From: an uncultured Actinomycetes bacterium
GTDB lineage: Bacteria > Actinomycetota > Thermoleophilia > Solirubrobacterales > Solirubrobacteraceae
Length of the DNA stretch: 64,000 nt
NCBI GenBank assembly: GCA_963851295.1
Contig: CAWKOS010000003.1
Coordinates: 42,284 to 106,283, forward strand
Reading direction: 5' to 3'
Shown: positions 8,636 to 19,134 of the stretch, piece after piece
Position numbering within the stretch: the stretch's first letter is position 1
Layout: every line of letters begins with the position of its first letter
Translations under genes and position numbers: made by a program
The notes under the pieces: generated by a model
What the model saw: the letters and a program-made list of their open reading frames with translations, nothing else
The model's database searches: none
What the model was told of the DNA's origin: nothing

Positions 8636-10057
8636 CTAGAGGCCCAGCTTCTCGCGCACGAGGCGGGTGACCTCGCCGCCGTCGGCGCGCCCGCGCGTCT
8701 CGCGCATGACGTGGCCGACGATCACGCCGATCGGCTTCATGTCGCCGCCGCGCAGGCGCTCGGCGATGTCGGGGTTCGCGTCGAGCGCGGCCTGGACGAC
8801 CGGCTCGAGCTCGTCGCCGCCGCCCAGCGCGGCGAGCCCCTCGGCCTCGACGATCGCAGCCGGGTCGCCGCCCTCGGCCACGAGCCGGTCGAGCACCTGC
8901 TTGGCCGCGCCCTGCGTGACCTTCTTCTCGCTGACGAGGCCCACCAGCGTCGCGAGCGCGTCCGGCCTGACCTTCGAGTCGGCCGGGTCCTCCACGTCGA
9001 TGCGCGCCACCAGCTCGTTGACCCAGTTGGCCAGCGGCTGGGGCTCGACGCCGTTCGCGCTCAGCGCGGCCTCAAAGTAGTCGCCGAGCTCGGCGCGCCA
9101 CGCGAGCAGCTTCGCGGAGTCCGTCGTGAGGCCGAGGTCGCGCTCGAAGCGCTCGGCGCGGGCCGCCGGCAGCTCCGGCAGCGCGGCGCGGGCGCGGGCG
9201 AGCATCTCGTCGGTGATCGCGATCGGGACGAGGTCGGGCTCGGGGAAGTAGCGGTAGTCGTGCGCCTCCTCCTTGGAGCGCAGCGACGTGATCGCCTCCG
9301 TGCGCGGGTCGAAGTGCAGCGTCTCCTGCTCGACCTCGCCGCCGCTGCGCAGGATGGCCTCCTGGCGCGCGATCTCGGCGCGGATCCCCTTCTCGATGAA
9401 GCGGAAGGAGTTCATGTTCTTCAGCTCCGTCTTGGTCCCGAGCTCGCGCGTGCCGACCGGGCGGATGGAGACGTTGGCGTCGCAGCGCAGCGAGCCCTCC
9501 TCCATGTTGACGTCGCTGACCCCGAGCTGGCGCAGCGTCGTGCGCAGCAGCCGCAGCCACTCGCCCGCCTGGTCGGCCGAGCGGACGTCGGGCTCGGTGA
9601 CGATCTCCACGAGCGGGGTGCCGCCGCGGTTGAAGTCCACGACGGAGGTGTCGGCGCCGTGAATGCGCCCGCTCGTCCCGGTGTGGACGAGCTTGGCCGC
9701 ATCCTCCTCGAGGTGCACGCGGTGGATGCGCACGTCGCCCAACCGCCCGCCGCGGCACAGGGGCTCGTCGTACTGGGAGATCTGGTAACCCTTGGGCAGG
9801 TCGGGATAGAAGTAGTTCTTGCGGTGGAAGATCGAGCGCGGTGCCAGATCGCAGCCCAGCGCGAGGCCGATCATCAGGCCGCGGTGGATGGCCTCCGCGT
9901 TGGTGACCGGCAGGGCGCCCGGCAGGCCGAGGCAGACCTCGCAGGTATGCGTGTTGGGCGGCTCGCCGAAGGACAGCTCGCAGCCGCAGAACATCTTCGT
10001 CCGCGTGCTGAGCTGGACGTGGATCTCCAGGCCGATGACGGGCTCGTAGTCGGTCAT
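8636..10057 (-). CDS. gatB: Asp/Glu-tRNA amidotransferase subunit B
   Basis: Full-length GatB (VIGLEIHVQL, KMFCGC, YFYPDLPKGYQISQ, C-terminal YqeY-like tail). Confidence 0.95.
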   Translation of the reverse strand: MTDYEPVIGLEIHVQLSTRTKMFCGCELSFGEPPNTHTCEVCLGLPGALPVTNAEAIHRGLMIGLALGCDLAPRSIFHRKNYFYPDLPKGYQISQYDEPLCRGGRLGDVRIHRVHLEEDAAKLVHTGTSGRIHGADTSVVDFNRGGTPLVEIVTEPDVRSADQAGEWLRLLRTTLRQLGVSDVNMEEGSLRCDANVSIRPVGTRELGTKTELKNMNSFRFIEKGIRAEIARQEAILRSGGEVEQETLHFDPRTEAITSLRSKEEAHDYRYFPEPDLVPIAITDEMLARARAALPELPAARAERFERDLGLTTDSAKLLAWRAELGDYFEAALSANGVEPQPLANWVNELVARIDVEDPADSKVRPDALATLVGLVSEKKVTQGAAKQVLDRLVAEGGDPAAIVEAEGLAALGGGDELEPVVQAALDANPDIAERLRGGDMKPIGVIVGHVMRETRGRADGGEVTRLVREKLGL

Positions 10058-11490
10058 GCGCTGCTGCTCGCTTCACGCGCGGGCGAGTTGTCGAAGCCGA
10101 GCGCCTGCTCGAGGGCGTAGCCGGCCTCGAGGATCCGATTCTCGCTGAACGCGGGCCCCGCGAGCTGGAAGCCGACCGGCAGCCCCTCGCTCAGCCCCGC
10201 GGGGATCGAGAGCGCCGGGATCCCGGCGAGCGGCATCGGCGCCGTGAAGTAGTCGTTGAGGTACATCGCCAGCGGGTCGTCGGTCTTGGCCCCGAGCTCG
10301 AAGGCGACGCCCGGGCTCGTGGGCGTCACGATGAAGTCGACCTTCTCGAACGCGGCCCGGAAGTCGTCGGCGATCTTCGTGCGCACGCGCTGCGCGCGGC
10401 CGTAGTAGGCGTCGTAGTAGCCGCTGGAGAGCGCGTAGGTCCCGATGAGGATGCGGCGCTTGACCTCGGCGCCGAAGCCGTCGTGGCGCGTGCGCGTGTA
10501 CATCGAGAGCAGGTCGCCGTCGCCCTCGCGGCGCAGGCCGTAGCGGACGCCGTCGAAGCGCGCGAGGTTCGACGACGCCTCGGCGGGCGCGATCACGTAA
10601 TAGGCGCTGATGGCGTAGTCGGCATGCGGGAGCGAGACGCGCTCGACGGTCGCGCCGAGCTCCTTGGCGAGCGCGAGCGTGGCCTCGAAGCGCTCCATGA
10701 CGCCGGGCTCGACGCCCTCGCCGGTGAGGTCGTCGGGCACGCCCAGGCGGACGCCGTCGAGGCGCTGTGCCGTGGGCAGCGCGATCTCCTCGGGGAAGGC
10801 GATCGAGGTCGAGTCGCGCTCGTCCTGGCCGACCATGTGGCGGAAGAGCAGGGCGGCGTCGGTGACGTCGCGCGTGAGCGGGCCGGCCTGGTCGAGGCTC
10901 GAGGCGAAGGCGATCATCCCGTAGCGGCTGACCGCGCCGTAGGTGGGCTTCAGCCCGACGATGCCGCACAGCGCGGCGGGCTGACGGATCGAGCCGCCCG
11001 TGTCCGTGCCCAGGGCCCACGGGGCGCTGCCGGCGGCGACGGCCGCGGCGCTGCCGCCCGACGACCCGCCCGGGACGCGCCTTCGATCCCACGGGTTGAG
11101 CACCGGGCCGTAGCCGGAGTTCTCGTTCGACGAGCCCATGGCGAACTCGTCCTGGTTGGTCTTGCCGAGCAGCGGCGCCCCGGCGGCGGCGAGGCGCGCG
11201 ACGACGCTCGCCGTGTAGGGCGGGCGGTAACCCTCGAGGATCCGTGAGCCCGCTTGCGACGGCACGCCCTCGGTGCAGAAGAGGTCCTTGACCGCGAGCG
11301 GGACGCCGTGCAGCGGCCCGCTCGCACCGTCCCCGTTCGCCGGCGCCTCGTCGGCCACCCACAGGTAGGCGTTGAGCTCGTCGGCGGCGGCGCGCTCGCG
11401 GTAGGCCTCGAAGAGCTCGTCGCGATCGAGGTCGCCGCGCTCGACGGCGGCGGCCGCCTGGGCGGCCGTGAGGGCGATGACGTCGCTCAT
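10054..11490 (-). CDS. gatA: Asp/Glu-tRNA amidotransferase subunit A
   Basis: Amidase signature GGSSGGSAAAVA...GTDTGGSIRQPA. The internal ATG at 11490 overlaps the gatC stop (ATGA). Confidence 0.95.
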   Translation of the reverse strand: MSDVIALTAAQAAAAVERGDLDRDELFEAYRERAAADELNAYLWVADEAPANGDGASGPLHGVPLAVKDLFCTEGVPSQAGSRILEGYRPPYTASVVARLAAAGAPLLGKTNQDEFAMGSSNENSGYGPVLNPWDRRRVPGGSSGGSAAAVAAGSAPWALGTDTGGSIRQPAALCGIVGLKPTYGAVSRYGMIAFASSLDQAGPLTRDVTDAALLFRHMVGQDERDSTSIAFPEEIALPTAQRLDGVRLGVPDDLTGEGVEPGVMERFEATLALAKELGATVERVSLPHADYAISAYYVIAPAEASSNLARFDGVRYGLRREGDGDLLSMYTRTRHDGFGAEVKRRILIGTYALSSGYYDAYYGRAQRVRTKIADDFRAAFEKVDFIVTPTSPGVAFELGAKTDDPLAMYLNDYFTAPMPLAGIPALSIPAGLSEGLPVGFQLAGPAFSENRILEAGYALEQALGFDNSPAREASSSA

Positions 11491-11771
11491 GCCGTCGGGC
11501 TGGGGACGCGGAAGCCGCCGTCGGCCACGTCGGGCGCGCCGGCGAGCGCGACCTCGCGCGGCAGGCACGGCCGCGGCTCGTCGGGGCGCAGCGCGTTGGC
11601 GATCTCGACGGAGTGCGACGTCGGCGGGACGCCGTCGAGGTCGAGCTCTGAGATCTTCTCGATGTGCTCGAGGATGTTGGAGAGCTCTCCGGAGATCTTC
11701 GTGACCTCCTCCTCTGAGAGCTCCAGGCGCGCCAGGCGCGCCACGTGCAGGACCTGCTCGCGGTCGATCAT
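11487..11771 (-). CDS. gatC: Asp/Glu-tRNA amidotransferase subunit C
   Basis: MIDREQVLHVARLARLELSEEEV...LRPD is typical GatC. The 94-aa product is the C-terminal part of a longer spurious ORF. Confidence 0.9.
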   Translation of the reverse strand: MIDREQVLHVARLARLELSEEEVTKISGELSNILEHIEKISELDLDGVPPTSHSVEIANALRPDEPRPCLPREVALAGAPDVADGGFRVPSPTA

Positions 11772-11785
11772 CGGTCCCGCTGAGT

Positions 11786-12238
11786 CTAGGCCGCGGGCGG
11801 CGCGGGGCGCGGCGCGGGCGGCGTGTACGCGCTCGCGGGCGCGTCGGTGCGCTCGTCCTTGATCGACCACCAGCCGCCGACGGCGAGCACGAGCGCGGAG
11901 AGCAGGCCCAGCCAGGCGCCGTAGCGCAGCCCGACGAGCTCGTTGGGGCCGGGTTGGAAGATCAGCGCCCGGAGCGCCAGGGCGACGACGGCGAGCGTCC
12001 CCGCGGTCGCGGTCAGCACCGCCGCCGCGACCTGCTGGGCGATGGGCCGGACCGCCGCCGTGGCGATCACCAGCCACCCGCCGCAGCCGATCGCGGCGAT
12101 CGCGAAGGCGAGGACGAGCCATCCCAGCGACGACCAACCGCTCTCGTCGGGCGGGCCGAACCACGGGAGGAACATCGTCCCCAGCAGCGCTGCCGATCCC
12201 GCGCCCGCCACCCACTCCCCGGCGCGGACGCGGGTCAC
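11786..12238 (-). CDS. Hypothetical membrane protein with a Pro-rich tail
   Basis: Four hydrophobic segments. The GTG start overlaps the folD stop (GTGA). Confidence 0.55.
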   Translation of the reverse strand: MTRVRAGEWVAGAGSAALLGTMFLPWFGPPDESGWSSLGWLVLAFAIAAIGCGGWLVIATAAVRPIAQQVAAAVLTATAGTLAVVALALRALIFQPGPNELVGLRYGAWLGLLSALVLAVGGWWSIKDERTDAPASAYTPPAPRPAPPAA

Positions 12239-13086
12239 GCCGCGGCCATCCTCGCCGCCTGCAGCGTGTTGCGCAGCAGGCAGGCGATCGTCATCGGCCC
12301 GACGCCGCCAGGCACCGGCGTGATCGCCCCGGCGACCTCGACGGCAGCGTCGAAGTCGACGTCGCCGTGGAGGCCGTCGTCGGAGCGGTTGATGCCGACG
12401 TCGATCACGGTGGCGCCGGGCTTGACCCAGTCGCCCTTGACCATCCGGTCGCGGCCGACGGCGGCGATGAGGACGTCGGCGCGGCGGCAGACCTCGCCCA
12501 GGTCGCGCGTGCGCGAGTGGCAGATCGTCACTGTCGCGTTGGCGCCGAGCAGGAGCTGGGCCATCGGCTTGCCGAAGAGGTTCGAGCGCCCGACGACGAC
12601 GGCCTCGGCTCCCTCCAGCTCCACCCCGGCCTCCTCGAGCAGGATCATCACGCCCAGCGGGGTGCACGGGCGCAGGCCCTCGCGGCCGAGGGCGAGCAGG
12701 CCGGCGCTCATCGGCGTCAGGCCGTCGACGTCCTTGGCCGGGTCGATGAGGCCGGTGAGCTCCACGCCGTCGAGGTGGTCGGGGACCGGGAGTTGGCAGA
12801 TGATCCCGCTCACCGCCGGGTCGCCGTTGAGCTGGTGCAGCAGGGCGACGACCTCCTCGCGCGGCGCGTCGGCCGCCAGGCGGTGGTCGAAGCCGCGCAT
12901 GCCGACCTCGGCGGTCGCCTTCTGCTTGCCGCCGACGTAGATCGCCGAGCCCGGGTCGTCGCCGACGAGCACCGTCGCCAGCCCGGGCGGGCGGCCGTGC
13001 TCGGCGGTGAACTCCGCCACGCCCTCGCCGACCTCGGCGCGCACGCGCGCCGCCACCGCCTTGCCGTCGATCACCTGAGCTGCCAT
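12235..13086 (-). CDS. folD: Bifunctional methylenetetrahydrofolate dehydrogenase/cyclohydrolase
   Basis: [12 protein letters not shown]..., [35 protein letters not shown]. The internal ATG at 13086 was chosen. Confidence 0.95.
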   Translation of the reverse strand: MAAQVIDGKAVAARVRAEVGEGVAEFTAEHGRPPGLATVLVGDDPGSAIYVGGKQKATAEVGMRGFDHRLAADAPREEVVALLHQLNGDPAVSGIICQLPVPDHLDGVELTGLIDPAKDVDGLTPMSAGLLALGREGLRPCTPLGVMILLEEAGVELEGAEAVVVGRSNLFGKPMAQLLLGANATVTICHSRTRDLGEVCRRADVLIAAVGRDRMVKGDWVKPGATVIDVGINRSDDGLHGDVDFDAAVEVAGAITPVPGGVGPMTIACLLRNTLQAARMAAA

Positions 13087-13135
13087 CGCGGCGGCGGAGG
13101 CTACCGATGGGCGGCTGCGATCATGTGGACGGGTC

Positions 13136-13516
13136 ATGTTCCGCGCCGATCGCCTCGACCACGTCGGCCTGTCCGCCCGCGACGTGTGGGCGCTCGCCCG
13201 CTGGTACGAGACCGTCTTCGGCATGGCGCGCGTCCACGCCGACGTCTGGCCCGACGTCGAGGGCGGCCACCCGGTGATGCTCTGCGCGCGCGGGGTCTGC
13301 GTCGCCCTCTTCAGCGTCCCGAACGCGGCGCCGCCGGCGCCCGGGCACAGCGAGCACTTCGCGCTCGCCCTCGACCGGGCGAACTTCGAGCAGGCACAGG
13401 TCGACCTCGACGAGCTCGGGATCGACTACGAGGTCTGGGACCACGAGGTCTGCGACTCGCTGTACCTCCGCGACCCCGAGGGCCACCAGATCGAGCTGAC
13501 CTGCTGGCGCGTCTGA
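13136..13516 (+). CDS. Glyoxalase/VOC-family protein
   Basis: [10 protein letters not shown]...HFALAL...[12 protein letters not shown] follows the VOC fold pattern. Confidence 0.8.
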   Translation: MFRADRLDHVGLSARDVWALARWYETVFGMARVHADVWPDVEGGHPVMLCARGVCVALFSVPNAAPPAPGHSEHFALALDRANFEQAQVDLDELGIDYEVWDHEVCDSLYLRDPEGHQIELTCWRV

Positions 13517-13544
13517 CGGCCGCCTGCGGCACCATCCGCGGGCG

Positions 13545-14687
13545 ATGCGGGTCGGGCAGGGAAGTCGGCGCGGGGGCGCTGTGGCTGCGTGTGCGGTCGT
13601 GCTGGCGCTCGCCCTGCTCGCCGCCGTTGGGGGCGCCCGGGCAGCTTCGGCCCCGGCGCCTACGCGGGCCCTCGTCGGGGTCGGGGACCAGAAGGCGGAG
13701 ATGTTCACCGACCCGCGCTTCGCCTGGCTGCACCTCTCGCGCGCGCGACTCGTCGTGTCGTGGAACGTCGCGCGCACGCCGTGGGAGCGCGCGCTCGTCG
13801 ACGCGTGGCTCGCCGGTGCCCGGCGAGCGGGCGTGACGCCGCTCGTCGCCTTCGGCCACGCCTGGGACGCGCGCCATCGCTCGCAGCTGCCGAGCGTGGC
13901 GGCCTATCGCGGCGCCTTCGCCGCCTTCCGCGCCCGCTACCCGTGGGTGCGCGAGTACACGCCGTGGAACGAGGCCAACCACTGCTCGCAGCCGACGTGC
14001 CACCGGCCCGAGCGCGTCGCCGCCTACTACGTCGCGCTGCGGCGAGCGTGCCGGAGCTGCCAGGTGGTCGCCGCCGACGTCCTCGACCAGCCGAACATGG
14101 TCCGCTGGGTCCGCGCCTTCCGCCGCGCGCTGCCGCACGGGACGACGCCCACGCTGTGGGGGCTTCACAACTACCTCGACGCCAACCGGCTGCGCTCGAC
14201 CGGCACGCGGCGGGTGCTGCGCGCGGTGCCCGGGCGCGTCTGGTTCACCGAGACCGGCGGCGTCGTCAGCCGCCGCCACTACCGCGACAAGATCGCCTTC
14301 GAGGAGTCGCCCGACCACGCCGCCCGGGCGACCGCCTGGATCCTGCGCCTCGCCGCCCGCGAGCCGCGCGTGCGCCGCGTCTACCTGTACCAGTGGAACG
14401 CGAGCGCGCCGGGGCAGGTCTGGGACTCGGGCCTCATCGGCCCCTACGGCGACGCCCGCCCCGCCTTCGCCGTCCTGGCCCGCGCCCGCGGTCGCGACCC
14501 GTCCCACGCTCCGGGCCAGGCCCTGACGCCCGCGCCCCCGCCGCCCAACGAGGAGCCCCAGCCGACGTCCTCGGCCCCGCCGCCGGCGCAGCCGGCTCCG
14601 GCCCCCGCGCCGGCTCCGGCGCCCGCGCCGTCCCCGACGCCCCCGCCGCCGCCGTGCGTGCTCGTGATCCTGTGCCCGCCGGGCTGA
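13545..14687 (+). CDS. Secreted glycoside-hydrolase-like TIM-barrel protein with a Pro/Ala-rich tail
   Basis: Signal peptide. WNEANH and WFTETGG resemble the clan GH-A acid/base and nucleophile motifs. The C-terminus carries a (PA)n/P-rich tail. Confidence 0.6.
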   Translation: MRVGQGSRRGGAVAACAVVLALALLAAVGGARAASAPAPTRALVGVGDQKAEMFTDPRFAWLHLSRARLVVSWNVARTPWERALVDAWLAGARRAGVTPLVAFGHAWDARHRSQLPSVAAYRGAFAAFRARYPWVREYTPWNEANHCSQPTCHRPERVAAYYVALRRACRSCQVVAADVLDQPNMVRWVRAFRRALPHGTTPTLWGLHNYLDANRLRSTGTRRVLRAVPGRVWFTETGGVVSRRHYRDKIAFEESPDHAARATAWILRLAAREPRVRRVYLYQWNASAPGQVWDSGLIGPYGDARPAFAVLARARGRDPSHAPGQALTPAPPPPNEEPQPTSSAPPPAQPAPAPAPAPAPAPSPTPPPPPCVLVILCPPG

Positions 14688-14726
14688 GGCCAGCGCCGCC
14701 GCCGGCTGGGTCCGCGCCGCGCGCGG

Positions 14727-14940
14727 CTGGGTCCGCGCCGCCGGGTTGCGCGTCTCCGCTTGGCGCCCGTGGTCGCGAACAGCGCACCGAGGGAGAGGAG
14801 CCCGTTCGCGTTTGCGTCTGTTCCTCCACAGACCGCGCGACGTTAACTGCAACAGACCTCCACGGGCCCCATTCCCTCGGTGCGCTGTTCGCGACCAGCC
14901 GCGCCAAGCGGAGAAACGCGGCCCGGCGGCGCGGACCCAG
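14727..14940. repeat. Long imperfect inverted repeat (two 68-nt arms, 78-nt spacer); two copies of a dispersed repeat family
   Basis: Arm 14727-14794 matches the reverse complement of 14873-14940 at about 61 of 68 positions (hand alignment). It lies between the convergent stops at 14687 and 14962. A 17-nt direct duplication (14704-14720 and 14725-14741) precedes it. Confidence 0.85.
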
Positions 14941-14961
14941 ACGACGCCCAGACCGGCCGGC

Positions 14962-17900
14962 TCAGCGCTTCGAGATCGGCGCGTACTCCGCCATCAGCTT
15001 GCGCTCGCTCCCATCCGAGGCGAAGCGCACCACCACGATCCCGCCCGGCTCGAGCCCCACGACGACGCCCTCGCCGAAGGCGGCATGCGTGACGTCGTCG
15101 CCCATCCGGTACTCCGCGCTGGGGGTCGTCGACGCCGAGCTCGACCACGACATCGCGCGCGGGCGCGTCGCCTGCCCCGCGACGGCGCCGATCGCTTGCA
15201 GCGTCCCCTCGCGGTCGGTGAGGTCGGGCGGGATCTCGCTGAGGAAGCGGCTCGGCAGGCCGTAGCTCGCGGCGCCGAAGACCGCGCGCCGGCGCGCGTA
15301 GGTCAGGTAGAGGTCGCGCATGGCGCGCGTGATCCCGACGTAGCAGAGGCGGCGCTCCTCCTCGAGCGTGCCCTCGTCGAGCGAGCGCGAGTGCGGGAAG
15401 ACGCCCTCCTCACAGCCGATCATGAACACGATCGGGTACTCGAGGCCCTTGGCGTTGTGGAGGGTCATGAGCGTCACGAGGCCCTCGTCGTCGCGGCGGC
15501 TGTCGGCGTCGGCGACGAGCGCGATCTGCTGCAGGAAGAGGTCGAGGGTGTCGTCCTCGCTGGCGGCGTCGAACTCGCGCGCGACCTCGACGAGCTCCTG
15601 CAGGTTCTCGATGCGCCCCTGCGCCTCGATCGTCCGCTCGGCCTCGAGCGTCTCGAGGTAGCCCGTCTCGTTGAGGATCGCCTCGAGGAGGTCGCCGATC
15701 GGAACCTGCTGCTCGAGACGCTCGCGCAGCACGGCCATCGTCGCCATGAAGCGCTCGAACGCGCGAACCGCCGCGGTCCCGAGGCCCGGCACCGCCTCCG
15801 GCGCCGAGGCGGCGTCCCACACGGGGACCCCCATCGTCTCGGCGTGGGCCAGCACGCGCGACAGCGACGTCTGCCCGATCCCGCGCTTGGGCGAGTTGGC
15901 CACGCGCGTGAAGGAGACGACGTCCTGCGGGTTCTGCAGCACCGTCAGGTAGGCGATCGCGTCCTTGATCTCGGCGCGCTCGTAGAACTTCGTCCCGCCG
16001 ATGACCTGGTAGCCGATCTCGCGGCGCACGAGCGTGTCCTCGAGCACCCGCGACTGCGCGTTGGTCCGGTAGAAGACCGCGATCTCCGCCCGCGAGACGC
16101 CCTCGTCGACGAGCCGCTCGATCTCCCCCACGACGAAGCGCGCCTCGGCATGCTCGTCCTCGAGCTCGCGGACCTTGACCGGATCGCCCTCGCCGAGGTC
16201 CGTCCACAGCGACTTCCCCATCCGCCCGCGGTTGTGCGTGATCACCGCGTTGGCGGCGTCGAGGATCGTCTGTGTCGAGCGGTAGTTCTGCTCGAGGCGG
16301 ACGACGTGGGCCTCGGGGTAGTCGTCGCGAAAATTGAGGATATTCCTGATGTCGGCGCCGCGGAACGAGTAGACGGAGTTGTGCGTGATGAGCCCGCCCG
16401 CGACAAAGTTGTGCGTGCCCTCGACGTTGAGGTCGTAGACCGGGCGATCGAGCTCGACGCGCTCGACGGCCTCGACGACGTCGTAGCCGCCGTCCTCGGT
16501 GAACATCGCCATGCCGGGTCGCACGCTGGAAGCATGCATGAAGGGCAGTGAGTTGATCCGCCCATCGTGCCGAGCTCCAAGCCGGCCAACGCAGCGCACG
16601 GTGACGTCAAGTTCGGCGCGGATCTGGTCGACCAGTTTCAGCGCGTCAGACATGTCCTGGCAGTACGTTTCGCTCCGCCATCCGACCTTGTCGGGTCTCG
16701 GTCGCATCACACGGAGCCCAAGCCGCTCGAGAGTCTGCCGGGTCTCCTCGTCCCTTCCACCGATCGACACCGTGTGGAGCAGACGGTGGCCTTGGTTCGC
16801 GGCACAGAGGGTCACCACAAGATTGCGGCGTGTGCCCTCAAACGTCTGGGGAAGGTGGTGGGGAGTCTCCGGCCAGAGCCATTCGTCATGGAGCAGCCGA
16901 AGCGCGCCTTCCTCCGAGTCGACGCTCGCGAAGACCTCATCCAGGAGTCCTTGGGACCTCACGAGGCTGTCGCCGCGAACGCCCGGGCGGGCGACGAAGG
17001 GCGCAGTCGGGAGCTGATACCGAAGCGCCAGAATCGCCTCGGCGACCCGCGCCTCCGCCTCTGACTTGTGCGTCGACACGACCCAGGCCGCATCGGCGGC
17101 TTCCTTCATCGCCCGCGTCATTACTCCGCAGACAGATCGTCCGCGCCGATCAAGTGTGCGGGTCATCCCAACCCGGCATCCGTATCCACGCCGCCGCATC
17201 AGGTAAGTCATGAACATCGGCGGCGTCAATCCGGCGCGGTAGCCAGCGAAATGGACGTGCTCGGGCGTGCTGACGATCTCACGTCCGTCTCGCGTCGTGA
17301 TCTTCACGCCGAGCGTCGGCTCCGACACGAAAACCCCGGTGACCGGCGCGCCCCCGAAGCGGCCGCTTCCGTAGCACGAGAGCACCATCTCTCCGACCCG
17401 TACGTCCTCGATCGGCTTGGTCGTCCCGTCCGCCATCGCGATCGGCGTCCCCTCGACGAGGCACTGATCATCGTCGCCCACAACGGCCAGGTTCCGGTGC
17501 TCGCCCGCGATGAGCTGCAGGAGCCGGTACTGGGCGTGGTTGGTGTCCTGGTACTCGTCGACGAGCACGTGGCGGAAGGCAGCGGCGTAGCGGGCGCGGA
17601 CCTCGGGGAAGAGCTCGAGGACGTTGACGGTGCGGACGAGGAGGTCGTCGAAGTCCATCGCGTTCATGCGGTGCAGCTCGCGCTCGTAGAGCTCGTAGAC
17701 GTCGGCGACGGTCTGCTCGAAGAACGATCCGACCTGCTGGCGGTAGGCGTCGGCGTCGCGCAGCTTGTTCTTGGCGTCGGAGATTCTGGTGCTGCATCGC
17801 GGCCGGGGTGAAGCGCTTGGGGTCGACCCCGAGCTCGTCGATGCAGCGCTTGACCAGGCGGCGGGAGTCGGCCGCGTCGTAGATCGTGTACTGGCGCGTG

Positions 17901-18241
17901 TAGCCCAGGCGCGGCGCCTCGGCGCGCAGGATCCGCGCGCACGCGGCGTGGAAGGTCATCACCCACATGCCGCGCGTCGAGTGGCCGAGGAGGAGCTCGA
18001 CGCGCTCGCGCATCTCCTGGGCGGCCTTGTTGGTGAAGGTGATGGCCAGCAGCTCGCCGGCGCGGGCGCGACCGGTCTGCACGAGCCAGGCGACGCGGTG
18101 CGTGAGCACGCGCGTCTTGCCCGAGCCGGCGCCCGCGAGGATCAGCAGCGGGCCGTCGCCGTGGGTGACGGCGTCGCGCTGGGGCGGGTTCAGGCCCTCG
18201 AGAAGGGCTTCGATGCGGTCGTCGGCGGCGGCCTCGGGCAA
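14962..18241 (-). pseudogene. pcrA: ATP-dependent DNA helicase PcrA/UvrD, intein-containing; frame broken by one extra base near 17784 (pseudogene or sequencing error)
   Basis: The N-terminal part (18241 downward) carries AGAGSGKT. The C-terminal part carries DEYQDTN, GDDDQ|intein|SVYSFRGA, QNYRST and VTLMTLHNAKGLE. The two frames join if one A is removed from cagAAtctcc on the minus strand, which gives ...AAMQHQISDAKNKL... Confidence 0.9.
16378..17463 (-). mobile_element. Intein (362 aa) inserted in PcrA helicase motif III
   Basis: Starts with Cys1 (CLVEGTPIAMADG) and has block B TPEH. It ends VYDLNVEGTHNFVAGGLITHN, followed by extein Ser+1. Removing it restores GDDDQ-SVYSFRGA. Its central part is visibly less GC-rich than the flanks. 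Confidence 0.9.
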
Positions 18242-18399
18242 GACTGCTGAGCATAGAACCGGGCGCGGCGGTCGCCGCTCGACGCGCTGTCACCGGCGGG
18301 CGCAACCCGCCTGTCAGCAGGAAACAACCGGAAAACCGGCGATCGATGCCGCCGGTCGATCCCACGGTCGTCGCGGGCAGGTGAGGGGACCCTTGGGCC

Positions 18400-19134
18400 A
18401 TGCCTGGCAGGGACGCTCTGGGCGCTGCGCTCGCGACGGCCGCACTCCTCGCCGTCGCCCCGGCGGCTGCCGCGGCCGACTGCGCGCACGGCAGCGACCT
18501 CGCCACGTCGCTCTCCCCCACCGACCGCCGCGCCGTCCTCGTCTGCGTCATCGACGCCGAGCGCACGGCGCGCGGCCTGCCCGTGGTCCGCGAGAGCGCC
18601 CAGCTCTCGCGCGCGGCGCAGGGCCATTCCGACGACATGGTCACCCGCCACTTCTTCGACCACGTCACGCCCGGCGGCACGACGCTCGGCGAGCGCGTCG
18701 GCGCGACGGGCTACATGCAGGGCCGCAAGGACTGGGAGCTCGGCGAGGCGATCGCCTGGGCCCAGCAGCCGCTCGACACCGCCGCCACCCTCATGCGCGC
18801 GTGGATCGCCAGCCCCGAGCACAAGGCGATCATCCTCGACCGCCACTTCCGCGAGGTCGGCATCGGCGTGACCCCGGGCCTCACCGACGGCTCGGGCGGC
18901 GCGGGCGCCACCGCGGTCCTGGACTTCGGCTTCCGAACCCCGTCGCCTACGCTGCCGCGATGGCGCTCTGCGACATCGTGCGCGCGTACGGCGAGCACAT
19001 CGCGAGCGAGGCGCGCTCGGTGCGCATCGACCTCGACGCGCTCGAAGCTCTCGCACCAGGCGATCCTCCGGAGCTCGACCCCCAGCGCCACTACCTGGAA
19101 GGTCCAGCTCCCGATGTCGCCGCCTACCTCCTAG
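18400..19134 (+). CDS. Secreted CAP/SCP (PR-1-like) domain protein; 3' end uncertain
   Basis: Signal peptide. HSDDMVTRHFFDH...GENIAW-like...SPEHKAIILDRHFREVGIGV is typical of the CAP domain. The last roughly 60 codons overlap the next gene in another frame. Confidence 0.65.
   Translation: MPGRDALGAALATAALLAVAPAAAAADCAHGSDLATSLSPTDRRAVLVCVIDAERTARGLPVVRESAQLSRAAQGHSDDMVTRHFFDHVTPGGTTLGERVGATGYMQGRKDWELGEAIAWAQQPLDTAATLMRAWIASPEHKAIILDRHFREVGIGVTPGLTDGSGGAGATAVLDFGFRTPSPTLPRWRSATSCARTASTSRARRARCASTSTRSKLSHQAILRSSTPSATTWKVQLPMSPPTS

Noticed and set aside
17781-17790. Programmed ribosomal frameshifting as an explanation for the pcrA, fdhA and queuosine-salvage frame breaks
   Set aside because: There is no slippery heptamer or stimulatory structure. 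The required shift differs from known programmed sites. A single extra A explains each break, so error or mutation is more parsimonious.
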